Source: Octopus bimaculoides
Lineage: Eukaryota
Reading direction: 5' to 3'
NCBI RefSeq assembly: GCF_001194135.2
Contig: NC_068982.1
Location: 154,015,755-154,064,588 of the forward strand
Length of the DNA stretch: 48,834 nt
Position numbers and translations under genes: made by a program. The notes under the pieces were generated by a model. The model was not told the origin of the DNA. It searched no databases and was given only the letters and a program-made list of their open reading frames with translations. This document shows positions 1 to 12,362 of the stretch, piece after piece (within the stretch, counting starts at the first letter, position 1; every line of letters starts with the position of its first letter).

Positions 1-300
1 ATATATATATATATATACATATACACGTATATATGTATGTGTGTGTATGTATAATACACACACACACATACGCATACACTTACATAGTATACATAATCTA
101 TATGACTGAATTCCGTTTTTCGTCTGTTCAAGACCTCAAGTCAGCTTTCAATGCATTCGGTTGTACTGAATATATTATACTTACGCCATGTACTAACTTG
201 ATATTGAGTTCTGTATTTAAGACGATGATTTTGGTTCCAACGAACAAAGACGATCATATTCTTATACACATATATATACACACACGCATACATACATACA

Positions 301-334
<34 letters not shown>

Positions 335-415
335 CACATATATATATAGACACATATATACGCATGTATTTATATATACATACATACATACACTTTTTAT
401 ATATAATACATGTGT
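1..415. repeat. Compound microsatellite (TA)n/(CA)n/(CATA)n
   Basis: Direct reading; the overlapping ORFs (YIHT/MYVC repeats) are translations of the repeat. Confidence 0.9.
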
Positions 416-1090
416 TTTTATATAAAGAAACAAGGAGACACAGAGACAGATAGATATATGTATTTGAATATTGGCTCTACACCTGAATCCTACGTTTCAA
501 GATCCTTGCAAATTCTCAGGAGCCAAATTTTGATTAGAAGATATATTTAATGTAGTTTAGCTATATTTCTTGGTTTTTCTATATGTTATTAAGTATTTAA
601 TGAAGCTCCCGACAATTGTACGATATGCAAATTAGTTCGAGCATTTTATTTAGATTATAGTTTCTATCGTTTATTCTCTCTAGCGCCGCCGTTAGCGTTA
701 CATCTTTTGCACAATGTGGAAAATATACCGTTAACATTGCCCAAACGACCTTACCATCAGATTCAGAATTCACCTGAGGCTGGGACCACGTGCCATACAC
801 CCCTTACACAATTCAGGATCACATATAGATTCACTGCAACACAAATGTATCCCTCAACCCTCCCTGGTCTGTTTAACATTATCCTAAAACAAATCAAAGA
901 AAGAAAACCCTAACCCATCACCTTCAAATAAAACCTGGCCAAATTTCTTCAAGGGATATCACATAAGCTACCTATACCTGGATACATCTCAAAAACAAGT
1001 CCCTACTTGAAAGGGTCACTGGCTCGAGAACGAAATTTGCATAGGGGTGCAAACCCAGGCACCCAAATTTTTACAAATAAGGTCGTGTTT

Positions 1091-1121
<31 letters not shown>

Positions 1122-1804
1122 TGTTCGTTGTTCTTTGAGAAGAAACCTAATTCAAGGTACTTTTTACGGATCATTTTTTTACTCACTGTTTTCTAAACCT
1201 GTACAAATTTTGATTTCGTACCCCACAAAGAATTTTATGGGTGCAAGAGCACCTCCTGTTCCCGGGCTATAACCATGATACCACAAAACTTGACTTTAAA
1301 ATGACTTAACAGGTCCTATCAGGTGGTGCAATCTTTGGCCGAAACAATATCTAAGTTATCTAAGTTATCCAACTTAGATAGCGCTTACTATCAAGTTCTC
1401 TTCGTAAGCAGAAAGCTAAAAGGTGCTTTATCTTCTGACAAGAAGCTTATTCGAATAATACGATATAATATTTTCTCATATACGTTGTTTCCACTCTGAT
1501 ACGTATATATACATAGTTGTGTGTGCTGTTTATAAGATGACTCACATACACGATAACACTGTAATAAAGTAGAAATAATGCATACGTAAAATGAATATTT
1601 AATGAATGATGTTATAGTTCAAACTTACAGCGATTATGTTAATCAAAGTTTCAAGTTCTGACTTTATACATTACATCAATGGTGCGGGCTAATAGGAAAA
1701 GTCAGCCGATTTCAGTAAGCGCAATAACTCTATATACATATACATACATATAAATGAATATCCAAAATGAAGTAGTTTTGATGAAACATTGTGAGGCATA
1801 AATA

Positions 1805-2118
<314 letters not shown>

Positions 2119-2244
2119 GTATTTGATCAGGATTCGGCGACGATGATTTGCATCAACTGAATTGCCTGTCCTGATTCTAATTTTCCAGTAGAATCAGCAG
2201 CAAGGGGTGTGTTACGAGATCGTACCTTTCAATTACGCATACAA

Positions 2245-2402
2245 CCCATCCGAAGGCATAAGTTTCTGTCTCCCAATTTTGCCTCAAAAGGTTTGGGGCT
2301 GATCCGAAGCAATGGTAAAAGACAATTGCCCAAAACTGCTACACAGCGGAATCGAAACCGGATGTTTCACATTGCAAAGCAAACTTCTCAAACATTTGGC
2401 CA
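2245..2402 (-). mobile_element. Degenerate tRNA-derived SINE, family A (5' half)
   Basis: Reverse complement (gagaagtttgctttgcaa...ggtttcgattccgctgtgtagcagttttgggcaattgtcttttaccattgcttcgg...gagacagaaac) aligns by eye to the family A head at 8778-8930. Confidence 0.6.
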
Positions 2403-2419
2403 TTATGTGTTGATACGTG

Positions 2420-2501
2420 AGTGTATATATATGTTTGTTTATCTATATTTATATACATTTAATCTTCAATTATATACATATGTGTATATATATGTACGTA
2501 T

Positions 2502-2572
<71 letters not shown>

Positions 2573-2760
2573 CGTGTATATATATATTGTGTGTGTGTGT
2601 GTGTGTTAGTGTGTGTATTTATGTATGTGTATGTGTATGCATACATACGTCATGCATATATACACAAACATGTAACTTTACTTTTTTTATAAGTATGCTA
2701 ACATCTGTATGCATACACACACACACACACACACACACATACACAAACACACAAACAAAC
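2420..2760. repeat. Compound (TA)n/(GT)n/(CA)n microsatellite
   Basis: Direct reading. Confidence 0.9.
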
Positions 2761-3119
2761 AACATACCCACTCGCACATTTAATATCAAACACATACGCT
2801 TGCACACAGATATAATACACACCTCTCCACTACCTGCGGCTCTATAACCATATTCTATTTTTTTTTTCATTGACCTCAAAGACAATGGAGTAAACCTGTT
2901 TATAGCCTAATAGAAGATTCCACCACTATTTACTACAACAATCGAAGCATCAAATCTGCTTGCTGTTTACTTAAGCCTTTATCTACGATACTTCCAAACT
3001 ATTGCTTTTGTGAATTTTCAAATAGATGAGTTGTTTGTTTAGTTTTTCTTGTTTCATTTGTCTGTAGCGCTATCCTTCACTCACCCTCTCTTAGTAAATA
3101 TATATGAATATAAAGACAC

Positions 3120-3131
3120 ACATATGCATAC

Positions 3132-3187
<56 letters not shown>

Positions 3188-3382
3188 AAGAAAAACAATT
3201 TAAAGCGAATTTAAAGCGAAGAACTCAATTCAGACCTACAGTGTCGATATATTAATATTTTTAAAGAACAACTCTATACATTTCTCGTTCAGTATTTAAC
3301 AATTTCTGTAGAGTTATGAAGTAAGTTTATACATACATACATACATACATACATACATACATACATACAAACATACATACAT
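3120..3382. repeat. (TA)n and (CATA)n microsatellites
   Basis: (TA)n at about 3141-3185 and (CATA)n at about 3329-3382. Confidence 0.85.
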
Positions 3383-4036
3383 AAGGAATTTGTCACACTC
3401 CACTTTCGGATGCGGGCAACCTGCGCGTTCAAGTGACGGTGAGAGTTTAATGTAATTAACATTAGAGCCGAAACTTACGTGGCTTAACTGTCAAGCGTAG
3501 AACGCATTCAATCATGCATACTTTCATGTATGTATGTGTGGTGGGGTAGCTAGTACCGTATTAATTCTTAATTTACATAGAGTATTATCCGGATTTCTGC
3601 GTTTTAAACACCGGAAATTATGATTTTGTGAAAAGGAAAAGGTAATTCACAAATATAAATTTCGCTTATTTGTCTTCTCCATATAACTCTTGATCCTAAA
3701 AAGTACACCAAAAAACTTAAACACTAATCCTAAACCCCAAATTTAACCCTAATTTTAACCCTTACACCGAAATTCTCCTTCCGAAATATCTAAATATTTC
3801 CAATGTTTATAATATATAAATTCACAAAAAAAAAATGGAAGCATTATCCAAATAGAAAAAAAATTGTTTCACTTTGTATACGCTAAAACGGAGAAAGGTA
3901 GGGCTGGCAAAATGTTTTATGTAAATGAAAATTTAAAACATTTTTTTACGACTCTCCAGAAAATAAAAAATTAGAACTAAGCACTACATGTCATTAGCGT
4001 ATATATGATTTATATGAAATATATATCGCTTACTGT

Positions 4037-4101
4037 AGGCGCAGACGTCGCTGTGAGTTGAAAACTGTAGCATTGCAAACATCGTATCGGGTTCATTCCG
4101 C
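4037..4101 (+). mobile_element. Truncated SINE family A head remnant
   Basis: aggcgcagacgtcgctgtgagttgaaaa...ttgcaaac...gggttcattccgct resembles the family A 5' end with degenerate A and B boxes. Confidence 0.5.
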
Positions 4102-4439
4102 TCAACTCCATTGTAAAACATTATTTCATTAACTAAGCTAGCGTTATTGATTATAATACATTTTGACGCTTCTTCATTTGCAGAGTCTCATGAAAGTTAA
4201 AGCATATATTTTGTCAAAATTAGGTGGCAAAATTCGCTGAAACATTCCAAAAGTAACTCAAGGGCCGAAAGTTTCGTACTTGGTGCCTATCAAGGTTAAT
4301 AAATGCAATAAAATATAGTACCAGCCCTTCTGTCGGTTTTCCAATTTTTCCGCCGATTAATGAGTGTACGTATGTTCGGTCTCAAGGATAGAAACGCAGG
4401 TTAAAATTGTGATATCTTCCCTTCGTTCTCTATTGTTTA

Positions 4440-4743
4440 CGTGTGTGTGTGTGTGTGTGTGTATGTGTGTGTGTGTGTGCGTGCGTGTGTGTGCGTATGC
4501 GTGTGTGTGCGTACGTGTGCGTGCGAGTTAGTGCGTGTGTGTATGTGTGTGTGTGTTTGTGTATGTGTGTGTGCGTGCATGCGAGTGAGTGTGTGTGCGT
4601 GTGTGTGGTGGGTTCGCACNNNNNNNNNNNNNNNNNNNNNNNNNNNNNNNNNNNNNNNNNNNNNNNNNNNNNNNNNNNNNNNNNNNNNNNNNNNNNNNNN
4701 NNNNNNNNNNNNNNNNNNNNNNNNNNNNNNNNNNNNNNNNNNN

Positions 4744-4784
<41 letters not shown>
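4440..4784. repeat. (GT)n/(GCGT)n microsatellite spanning an N gap
   Basis: Direct reading; gap at 4620-4743. Confidence 0.9.
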
Positions 4785-4785
<1 letters not shown>

Positions 4786-5489
4786 TGAAATGTCTCTTTT
4801 TCATGAATGATTGAAAAATACTTTTCTGCATTGATACCATAATCAACAATATTTTTCGATTGTTTGGGTTCCAGGAACCAGAAACGAACTGAAAGTTGTC
4901 TTAGGTTAAAAGGCTTCTGTTTAAGAGCACGTTGATCGAGACATTTTATCGTTAAAATTTCGGTACATGAGCACTCGAAAGCAGACAGTGAATTACAGAC
5001 AGTGCAAAAGCAGACGGTGTATTACACACAGATACACACTAATACACTTGCATATATATGTATATATATGTTGTGTATGTACGTGTGTGTGTGTATCTAC
5101 ATAAATATGTGTGTATATGTGTGTATCTACATAAATATGTGTGTGTGTGTCTACAGAAATACGTGTGTGTGTATGTATATATGAGTATGATTACGTGTGT
5201 CTATGTATATTTGTATAACTGTATGAGTGTAGACGTGTAGGTCGGTATGTTTACTTGAGTATGTGTGTGTATATTATGGAATTCTATAAATATTGGAGGG
5301 GTTTTTTTCCGCTAAAGTGATAATTAATGATTATATATTTTCGTTTTTTTTTTCTCTTCGTGGTTCACTAATGTATCTTAATTTCACTATGTTACCACAC
5401 ACATATATGCTCACATATTCACACATTTAGCACGTGCAGCATACATATATTCAGATACATTAATATATATGTAGACACACATATATATT

Positions 5490-6665
5490 AATGGGTGTTG
5501 AGGCTGTTACTCAACAACTCAAATGTGGACTCAATATACCTTGATTTTGCAAAAGCTTTACACAAAGTGGATCATGGTATGATATGCTACAAACTGCGTG
5601 ATCTCAGCCTAGCTGGAAAACTTGGAAAGTAGTTACATGACTTTCTGAAAGATAGAAGTCAGACAGTAGTGACCAATGGAGCCACCTCAATGAAATCACA
5701 AGTCTCGCAGAAAATATAGAACCCCAGCGATGCTGCACATCTGCAGCAGGAGTTGGACTCAATTTACAGGTGGGCTGAGTATATTAATATGCAGTTCAAT
5801 GCTGAAAGATTCCAAGCCCTGCGCTACCAGTGTCCAAAACTGAATATGAAACTTAAGGAGTACACTGGTCCACAGGGAATTACAATCCCAGAGCTTAAAT
5901 CAGCGAGGGATCTGGGTATCGACATGAGTGATGATTCCTCTTTCCAAGTGCACATCACCAGGATGGCGACAAAATGCAGGCGACTAGCTGGATGGATCCT
6001 GAGAACATTCAGAACCAGAGATAAGGAAACCATGATGGTCCACTGGAGGACATTCGTCCTCACCCGCCTGGATTACTGCTCCAAGCAATGGTCACCCAAC
6101 AGAGTAAAATTAACATCGGACCTTGAAGCAATCCAGCGAAGCTTCACAAAGAAGATTGTCTCTTTGCAACAGCTCAGCTACTGGGAAAGGCTGAAAGAGC
6201 TAAGACTCTACTCCCTGGAGCGAAGGCGGGAGAGGTATGCAGTAATATATATCTGGAAGATCCTGGAAGGAATTGTGCCAAATTTTGGCATTGAAAGCTA
6301 CATCAATGCCAGAACGGGTCGACACTGCACAGTGCCAAAGATCCCAGCAATGCCATCGCACTTCAGGACCAGTTTGCTGCAACAGCCTGGGTTTCAGGGG
6401 CCTACAGCTTTTTAATATTCTCCCAAAGAGCCTGAGGAACCTGCACAAAGTAGATGTAGGCGTTTTTAAATCAAGGCTGGACCTCTTCCTGTCGAGAGTT
6501 CCAGACGAACCTACCTCACGGCAAGAGGTGCAACTGAGGGTAGCTACATCAAACTCCATTCTACACCAAGTGCCACATATTAGAGGAGCATCTCAGTAAT
6601 AACAGTGTGGCAAAACGGTGGTGCTCCAGCATGGCCACAGCTCTGAGCTGAAACTACAAAAAAAA
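5490..6665 (+). mobile_element. 5'-truncated CR1/L2-group LINE (RT C-terminal half, 3' UTR and short A tail)
   Basis: RT motifs IYLDFAKALHKVDH, LQQELDSIYRWA..NMQFN, ARDLGI, LDYCS..WSP, LEAIQRSFTK, LYSLERRRERY, LFNILP and VPDEP; stop at 6597-6599; A-run at 6658-6665. Clade assignment is from recalled motifs. Confidence 0.9.
5492..6599 (+). pseudogene. Disrupted LINE ORF2 reverse transcriptase
   Basis: The frame from 5492 has two in-frame TAG stops, an in-frame deletion of the PQG and xADD catalytic motifs near 5705, and a frameshift near 6370-6400 into the 6273-6599 frame. Confidence 0.85.
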
Positions 6666-8285
6666 CATACACACACGCACTTACACATTTGTACAGACAA
6701 TTGCACATAGGCAAGCACACATACGTGTACGTAACTATCTTGGGAATGTATTTTCTAAATACACTAATTTTTCTTGACTACTCGAGTTCTTCACCTGCAT
6801 AGAGAGTCTCTAGCATATGGACACCGGCGAAATCTACACTCCTGAAGAATTATAAGATTGAGACATATCTCGGGGCTGTTTTCTTTACTTGCAGGAATAA
6901 CTTAAATAATATTAATCATTGAGAGTGCATGGTTATTTCTTTTTGATGCACACTTCCTAATATATGGTAACACAAAGTATCTCTCTGTTAGATACAACGT
7001 AGATTGTTATGTAGTACTGTTTTATAACTGCCTTCTCTCCTCTCTATGCTTACTAAAAATATCTAAACTCCATCTCAGTTCTTCTTCAACAACCTTCTAT
7101 GAAACCCAATATACACGATATAACTGCTATTGCCCCTAATCGTTTTATCTTATATCGTTTAACCTGAAGAGAAGGCACTGCTCGAGATCTTTTACGGGAC
7201 TACAAAGACTGGTTAGAGGGAGAGAGAAAATTATACTCAAGCTGCGAAGCTTTGACCCGAATGCTTACAACGGAGTGGATTTCACTAAAGGCACTAAAAG
7301 GTGCCAGATGATAATGCTAAACAGGGCAACTAATTTAGTCTACCACCTATAGTAAGTTTCTTGTTTCTTTCGTTGCTGTCACTTCAGCCTTACTACGCTA
7401 AAAAGATCTTTTGCTAATCCAGTCATCATCTACTGCAGTCATTCGTGATGAACATTTCGCTGTCTTTCGTACTATAGCACGTCTACATTTGTTATCTACA
7501 TACCTCCAAATTTTTTATGTTCATTTGATTATTACAAAGCCATAGGAAATAAGATACGCGGCGGTGTCTATCACACCGCTACTTCAACACGACAACCAAA
7601 ACTAGTTAGAGTTACGAGAGAAATCCAGATCGGATTGAACCACTCACTACCAACCCTAAGCCGTCATCTGTTTATATCAGGGATAAATATATTTATACTC
7701 GTATGTAAAGGCATGAATTATTTATAAACATAAATTAATATTAGCGTTGTATTTAAAATGACAATTCTTGACAGTAATCTTCTCGAAGAGCTAATGCAAA
7801 TAAATACATGTTAAAAGTGAAGATAGATTTAACTGTTGACAGATACATTGAAATCTCATTTCCCACTCATGCAAAATGAAATATAGAAAGGTTATACGTA
7901 CAAATGTCAAATACATCATTAATCCTTCTTATATGACATAATTTTAGTGCATGATTGCAAGATGATTCGTGTTTCTATTACAGTTTATACGAATCGATAC
8001 AGTTTCCATGCCACTTCCGAGAAATGAAGTTATATGTCTATATATTGTATTAAATAGGGGAAATATGGCTGAGTGGAGAACTTGTAGAACTACCAACTCG
8101 ATTCCAATTAAATTTAGATGGTTTGTCGTGTCTCTAAGAAGAATATTTTATTCTGCATGTCTCAGCTCAACTGAATCTTTTCAGAATATTACTTGAATTT
8201 TGAGAGACTTGTCTAGTAAAACGTGTACTGTTTAAAACTTGGCTTTTAAAAATTGAATCGGATCGAAAAGCAAAATATTGATATT

Positions 8286-8355
8286 TTCTAATTAATCTTT
8301 ACATACTGACATGTTCTAATTAATCTTTACATACTGACATGTTCTAATTAATCTT
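8286..8355. repeat. 28-bp tandem repeat, 2.5 copies
   Basis: Unit ttctaattaatctttacatactgacatg at 8286 and 8314, partial at 8342. Confidence 0.9.
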
Positions 8356-8777
8356 CACTTATTTTTGATAAGGTTTGTATCTAGAAAAATAGGCATATTT
8401 ACTAAAAGCGTAATAAGATAAATGTAAGAAGATAAGGAAGTCGTGCAAAACTTAACACGACGCTCGACTTCAGTTACTCTACGTGCTAAATGAACCAGCT
8501 AGAAATAGATGACAAATCCACTTACCATTAAAGTCTACTGTCTTCAAAAATATGAAAATAAACATTGTATAATGTAGTTCAGAATAAGCTGTGACTAAAT
8601 AATGTGGAATGGTCATGGTTGAGGAGCTTTTTGTCATTAAAAGGTGCTGAGTTAGCGTAAAGCAAAAGCTTTCATATTATTCAGGTATTTTTTGTGAGTT
8701 CACTCTATAATACAAACTCTAACAACAGACTATCGGCTCCCTCACTTCCAGTAGTTGTTTATTTATTTTAGACATTA

Positions 8778-8948
8778 AGCGCAGGAGTGGCTGTGTGGTA
8801 AATAGCTTGCTCACCAACCACATGGTTCCGAGTTCAGTCCCACTGCGTGGCACTTTGGGCAAGTGTCTTCTACTATAGCCTCGGGCCGACCTAAGCCTTG
8901 TGAGTGGATTTGGTAGACGGAAACTGAAAGAAGCCCGTCGTATATATG

Positions 8949-8998
<50 letters not shown>

Positions 8999-9322
8999 TC
9001 CCCCCCCCCNNNNNNNNNNNNNNNNNNNNNNNNNNNNNNNNNNNNNNNNNNNNNNNNNNNNNNNNNNNNNNNNNNNNNNNNNNNNNNNNNNNNNNNNNNN
9101 NNNNNNNNNNNNNNNNNNNNNNNNNNAACATCGATTGACAACCGATGTTGGTGTGTTTACGTTCCTGTAACATAGCGGTTCGGCAAAATAGACCGATAAA
9201 ATAAGTACTAGGCTTACAAAGAATAAGTCCTGGGGTCGATTTGCTCGACTAAAGGCGGTGCTCCAGCATGGCCACAGTCAAATGACTGAAACAAGTAAAA
9301 GAGTAAAAGAGAGTAAAGAGTA
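8778..9322 (+). mobile_element. Near full-length tRNA-derived SINE, family A, with an internal microsatellite
   Basis: A-box-like tggctgtgtgg and B-box-like gttcagtccc; internal (TA)n(GT)n plus gap; core aataagtac...ctggggtcgat; tail ggcggtgctccagcatggccacagtcaaatgactgaaac followed by aagtaaaaga-type repeats. Highly similar to the copy at 44045-44423. Confidence 0.9.
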
Positions 9323-9464
9323 TTAATATGCAGATATTCAGACTAGACATCAATCTCATTAATTTTACAAGTATAGAGAGGAAAACTAGCAGAGGTTATG
9401 GGTACAGCATCTATTTCTTTGACTAATTAGTCTTCTTACTGTTATTGGTATGAGACCTGCAATT

Positions 9465-9632
9465 TGGTGGGATGGGTCGATTACATCCACTCAAGTGTTT
9501 AATTGGTACTTATTTCATCGACCCTGCAAGAATGAAGGGCAAAGAAAACTTCGGCAGAGTTTGAAATCAGAACATGAAGACGGATGAAATGCTGCTAAGC
9601 ATTTTGCCCGGAGTGTTAACGATTCGACTAGA
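9465..9632 (-). mobile_element. Degenerate SINE, family B
   Basis: Reverse complement gaatcgttaacactccgggcaaaatgcttagc...gggtcgatgaaataagtacc...gtaatcgac matches the copies at 10553, 18135 and 30184. Confidence 0.8.
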
Positions 9633-9774
9633 TTTACTTTGACTAACTAATAAATGATGTTCAGAGAATAGCATGCGAAGTGAATCGATCTGCAACTGTT
9701 TCTGTGAATTAATATATGAATGATATGGCATCATGAGACTATAAATATGGTCCCCTAGACTTGTATACACACAC

Positions 9775-9789
9775 TCAGACAGACAGACA

Positions 9790-9824
<35 letters not shown>

Positions 9825-9942
9825 CAGGGATCAAGTTTGACGCCAAAATAAGTGAAAAAATATGTGAAACTCCGCAACCATGTACACATATGTGCAAATA
9901 CGAACTATTAAGTGCACACACTCAAAATACATNNNNNNNNNN

Positions 9943-9998
<56 letters not shown>
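9775..9998. repeat. (CA)n and (GT)n microsatellites around a small gap
   Basis: Direct reading. Confidence 0.85.
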
Positions 9999-9999
<1 letters not shown>

Positions 10000-10480
10000 A
10001 CAAAATATGCGTGGACATACACGTGCTTATATTTATATTTTCGAAATGATGCAAGGAAGATGATAATTGGTGGTTGTTCCCCCGATATGTATATTCATTT
10101 CTTTATGCTAAGATTTCGTGCGATCATATGTGACTTTGTTGTGTTGTCATCCAAGATGGAGAGGGGCAACAACGTCCTATGTGGCAGGCTTCAAAATCGT
10201 TGAAATTTCTCTCGACATAAAACCAATGGTATCCTTGAAAAACCGAAAGAATAATAGAATAGAATGGTGGGAGAAGAGGAGGTAAAAGAATAAGAGAGAG
10301 GAAGAGAGAAAAACGAAAGAGTAAAAGGATAGAAAAGAGTGCGCATCAGAATTATTAAGATAAAACTTACTTGGAAGAGGAAGCGTGGCGTTCAATCATA
10401 TAATAATATATATATATATATATACATGAGTACATTCACTGGTAATTGAACTTGGAATGTTAAAAGCTATAATTAAATAC

Positions 10481-10527
10481 AATGAATTTTGTCCGACGTT
10501 CTAACGATTCTCTCAATCCACCGCTTT
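10481..10527 (-). mobile_element. Truncated SINE family B head, inverted relative to the adjacent copy
   Basis: Reverse complement aaagcggtggattgagagaatcgttagaacgtcggacaaaattcatt corresponds to the family B 5' end. Confidence 0.65.
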
Positions 10528-10552
10528 ATTTTCCTTTATTAATAGTAATTTA

Positions 10553-10761
10553 AAGGCGGCGAGCTAGCAGAATCGTTTGCACGATGGGCAAAATGCTTAG
10601 CGACATTTCGTCCGTCTTTGAGCTTAAATTCTGTCGAGATCGACTTTGCCTTTCAACTTTTCGGGAGTCGGTAAATTAAGTACCAGTTAAACGCTGGAGT
10701 CAATGTAATCAACTAGTCTCCTCCCGCAAAATTTCAGGCTTTTTGCTTTTAGTAGAAAGGA
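10553..10761 (+). mobile_element. SINE family B with a 17-bp target-site duplication
   Basis: Head aaggcggcgagctagcagaatcgtt; core aaattaagtaccag..ctggagtcaat; tail tagtagaaagg; perfect TSD ttattaatagtaattta at 10536-10552 and 10762-10778. Confidence 0.9.
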
Positions 10762-11184
10762 TTATTAATAGTAATTTACAAATCAGTTTTCGACTGTTCA
10801 AATTATTAACAAAGACAGAAGTCAACAGAAGCTATCTAACTATCTCACTTCTTTTTTCAAAACCATGGCAGCTATAAATAATATTGCTTTCGATAAAATC
10901 TGGCCATAACTAGCATTGTTAATAAAAATAATGCTTCACAGAAATAATGTTATACCAACATTATGAAAATATGATAATAAGATATAGTTCCTCTTAACAC
11001 AAAGTGAGAGTATTGTAACGTATTTGCATACCATCTCTGGAGGAATTACATTTCATTAAGAGCAAACTGGATGTCGAGATAATGGTACGAGATCAACTCA
11101 GAAAGTGTTTTAGGAAAAAAGATGACATCTGCAATACACCTAGTTGTTGTTACTGTTGCTTTTTATTGTTGTTGTTTAATCTTA

Positions 11185-11356
11185 ACTTTGCCTTTATCAG
11201 GCAGACCTATAATTATACATTCTCTTTATAGCCATCTCTTTAATTCAGATGTAATGTATTAAGTACTGCATTATCCTATGTTTCTTTTTTTTTTTATGAC
11301 AGTAATGTGTGATTTGAGAAACACTTGGCTGCTATTTATAACAAGTTGGACGACCA
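11185..11356 (+). repeat. Old dispersed repeat (motif gatttgag..ttggctgctatttcta)
   Basis: The same degenerate motif recurs at about 38497-38545, 42320-42365, 43925-43970 and inverted at about 8495-8530; class unknown. Confidence 0.45.
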
Positions 11357-12242
11357 CAAAGTAAAATATTATGCTAAACATGTATATATAGAACGCATTT
11401 ATGTGAATTGCTTATGTAAAGACAGACTATTTCGGAACTGTTCGAGATTCAATCAAGGTTATCCCAAGTGACATTCGAACCGCGGGGTACACCAAGCTAA
11501 TAAATAATCTTGAGAATAAAGTTTCGACATACACCTTGCGGTAATGCATGATTAAATTGAAACATGTCTTTAACACCGACCAGAATATTGACTAATGAAC
11601 CAGCAAACACTAAAGCGATATTCCCTTTCAATCTAGAAATAAAAATACAAAATTCTTACAGGGGAAACATGGTGACATTTATAGCGAATATTGTTAGATT
11701 TTCTGAGATGTGATAAAAACAGATCGACTATGGCAAGTTTATGTCATTAAAGTATAACCTTCTTGTGAAACATGTAATTACGGAAGCTAGTTAGTATACA
11801 AACGCCAGGACGAAACCTCCCAGACATGGAATGACAAATCATATTTACTGAATGTTAACTTCTGCCGAAAACCTCCAATGGAAACTTCCATTCAATAGAA
11901 ACAATTTACATAAGATATACTTTTCTGAAATGAGACCATCTAAGTCAAGCCTAGCAAAGATAAAAACAAAATTATGAGCATTTGTACTCTGTACCCTGGT
12001 TCCAAGTTCACATATTTACAGCTATAACCAACTGTGCATGTTTACATATGCAAACACTTTGGAAGTAAACTTAAGAAGATTACGTTAACGAGAAATAAAC
12101 ATAAGTTTCTTAATCCGTATTCTACAAATTATCCAGTAAAGAAACAGTCAAAATATGCAAGACATTAGACATTTCAAAGCTTAAGGATCTACCATTTTGA
12201 CGTTCTTCCATTTGCTAGTAAACTGCTTATTTCTACAGATAG

Positions 12243-12362
12243 GATTTCGTCTACCGGAGAGACGGAAAGATGGAAAAAGTTGGTGTATTGTTAAAAGATT
12301 CCAGTTTCCAACAACTAATTGTCGTCTGTTACGCCGGAAAAGAGGCAACACATTTCGTAAAG
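12243..12362 (+). CDS. Candidate isolated coding exon of an unknown host gene
   Basis: Pyrimidine tract with cag/atag acceptors, 120 nt open in phase 0 (DFVYRRDGKMEKVGVLLKDSSFQQLIVVCYAGKEATHFVK) and donor aag/gtaatc. No protein family recognised. Confidence 0.3.

Noticed and set aside
33-425. ORFs rich in YI/HT/CV repeats here and throughout the ORF track
   Set aside because: They are translations of dinucleotide and tetranucleotide microsatellites, which lack stops in some frames.
460-525. Minus-strand cctgagaa...gaaacgtagg resembling a hammerhead core
   Set aside because: The core lacks a nucleotide and stems I and II do not pair convincingly.
1348-1380. 9-bp tandem unit plus a perfect 10-bp hairpin (tatctaagtt-atcc-aacttagata)
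   Set aside because: Real but small and AT-rich; explained by local slippage or inversion, with no context suggesting function.
7160-7195. ctgaagag...ctcgaga (and similar at about 6842-6865) resembling Penelope hammerheads
   Set aside because: GAAA is not intact and no stem I can be formed; at most a degraded relic.
8778-8860. tRNA-like sequences at the SINE heads (also 20675-20750)
   Set aside because: They continue into SINE bodies and lack a complete cloverleaf, so they are not tRNA genes.
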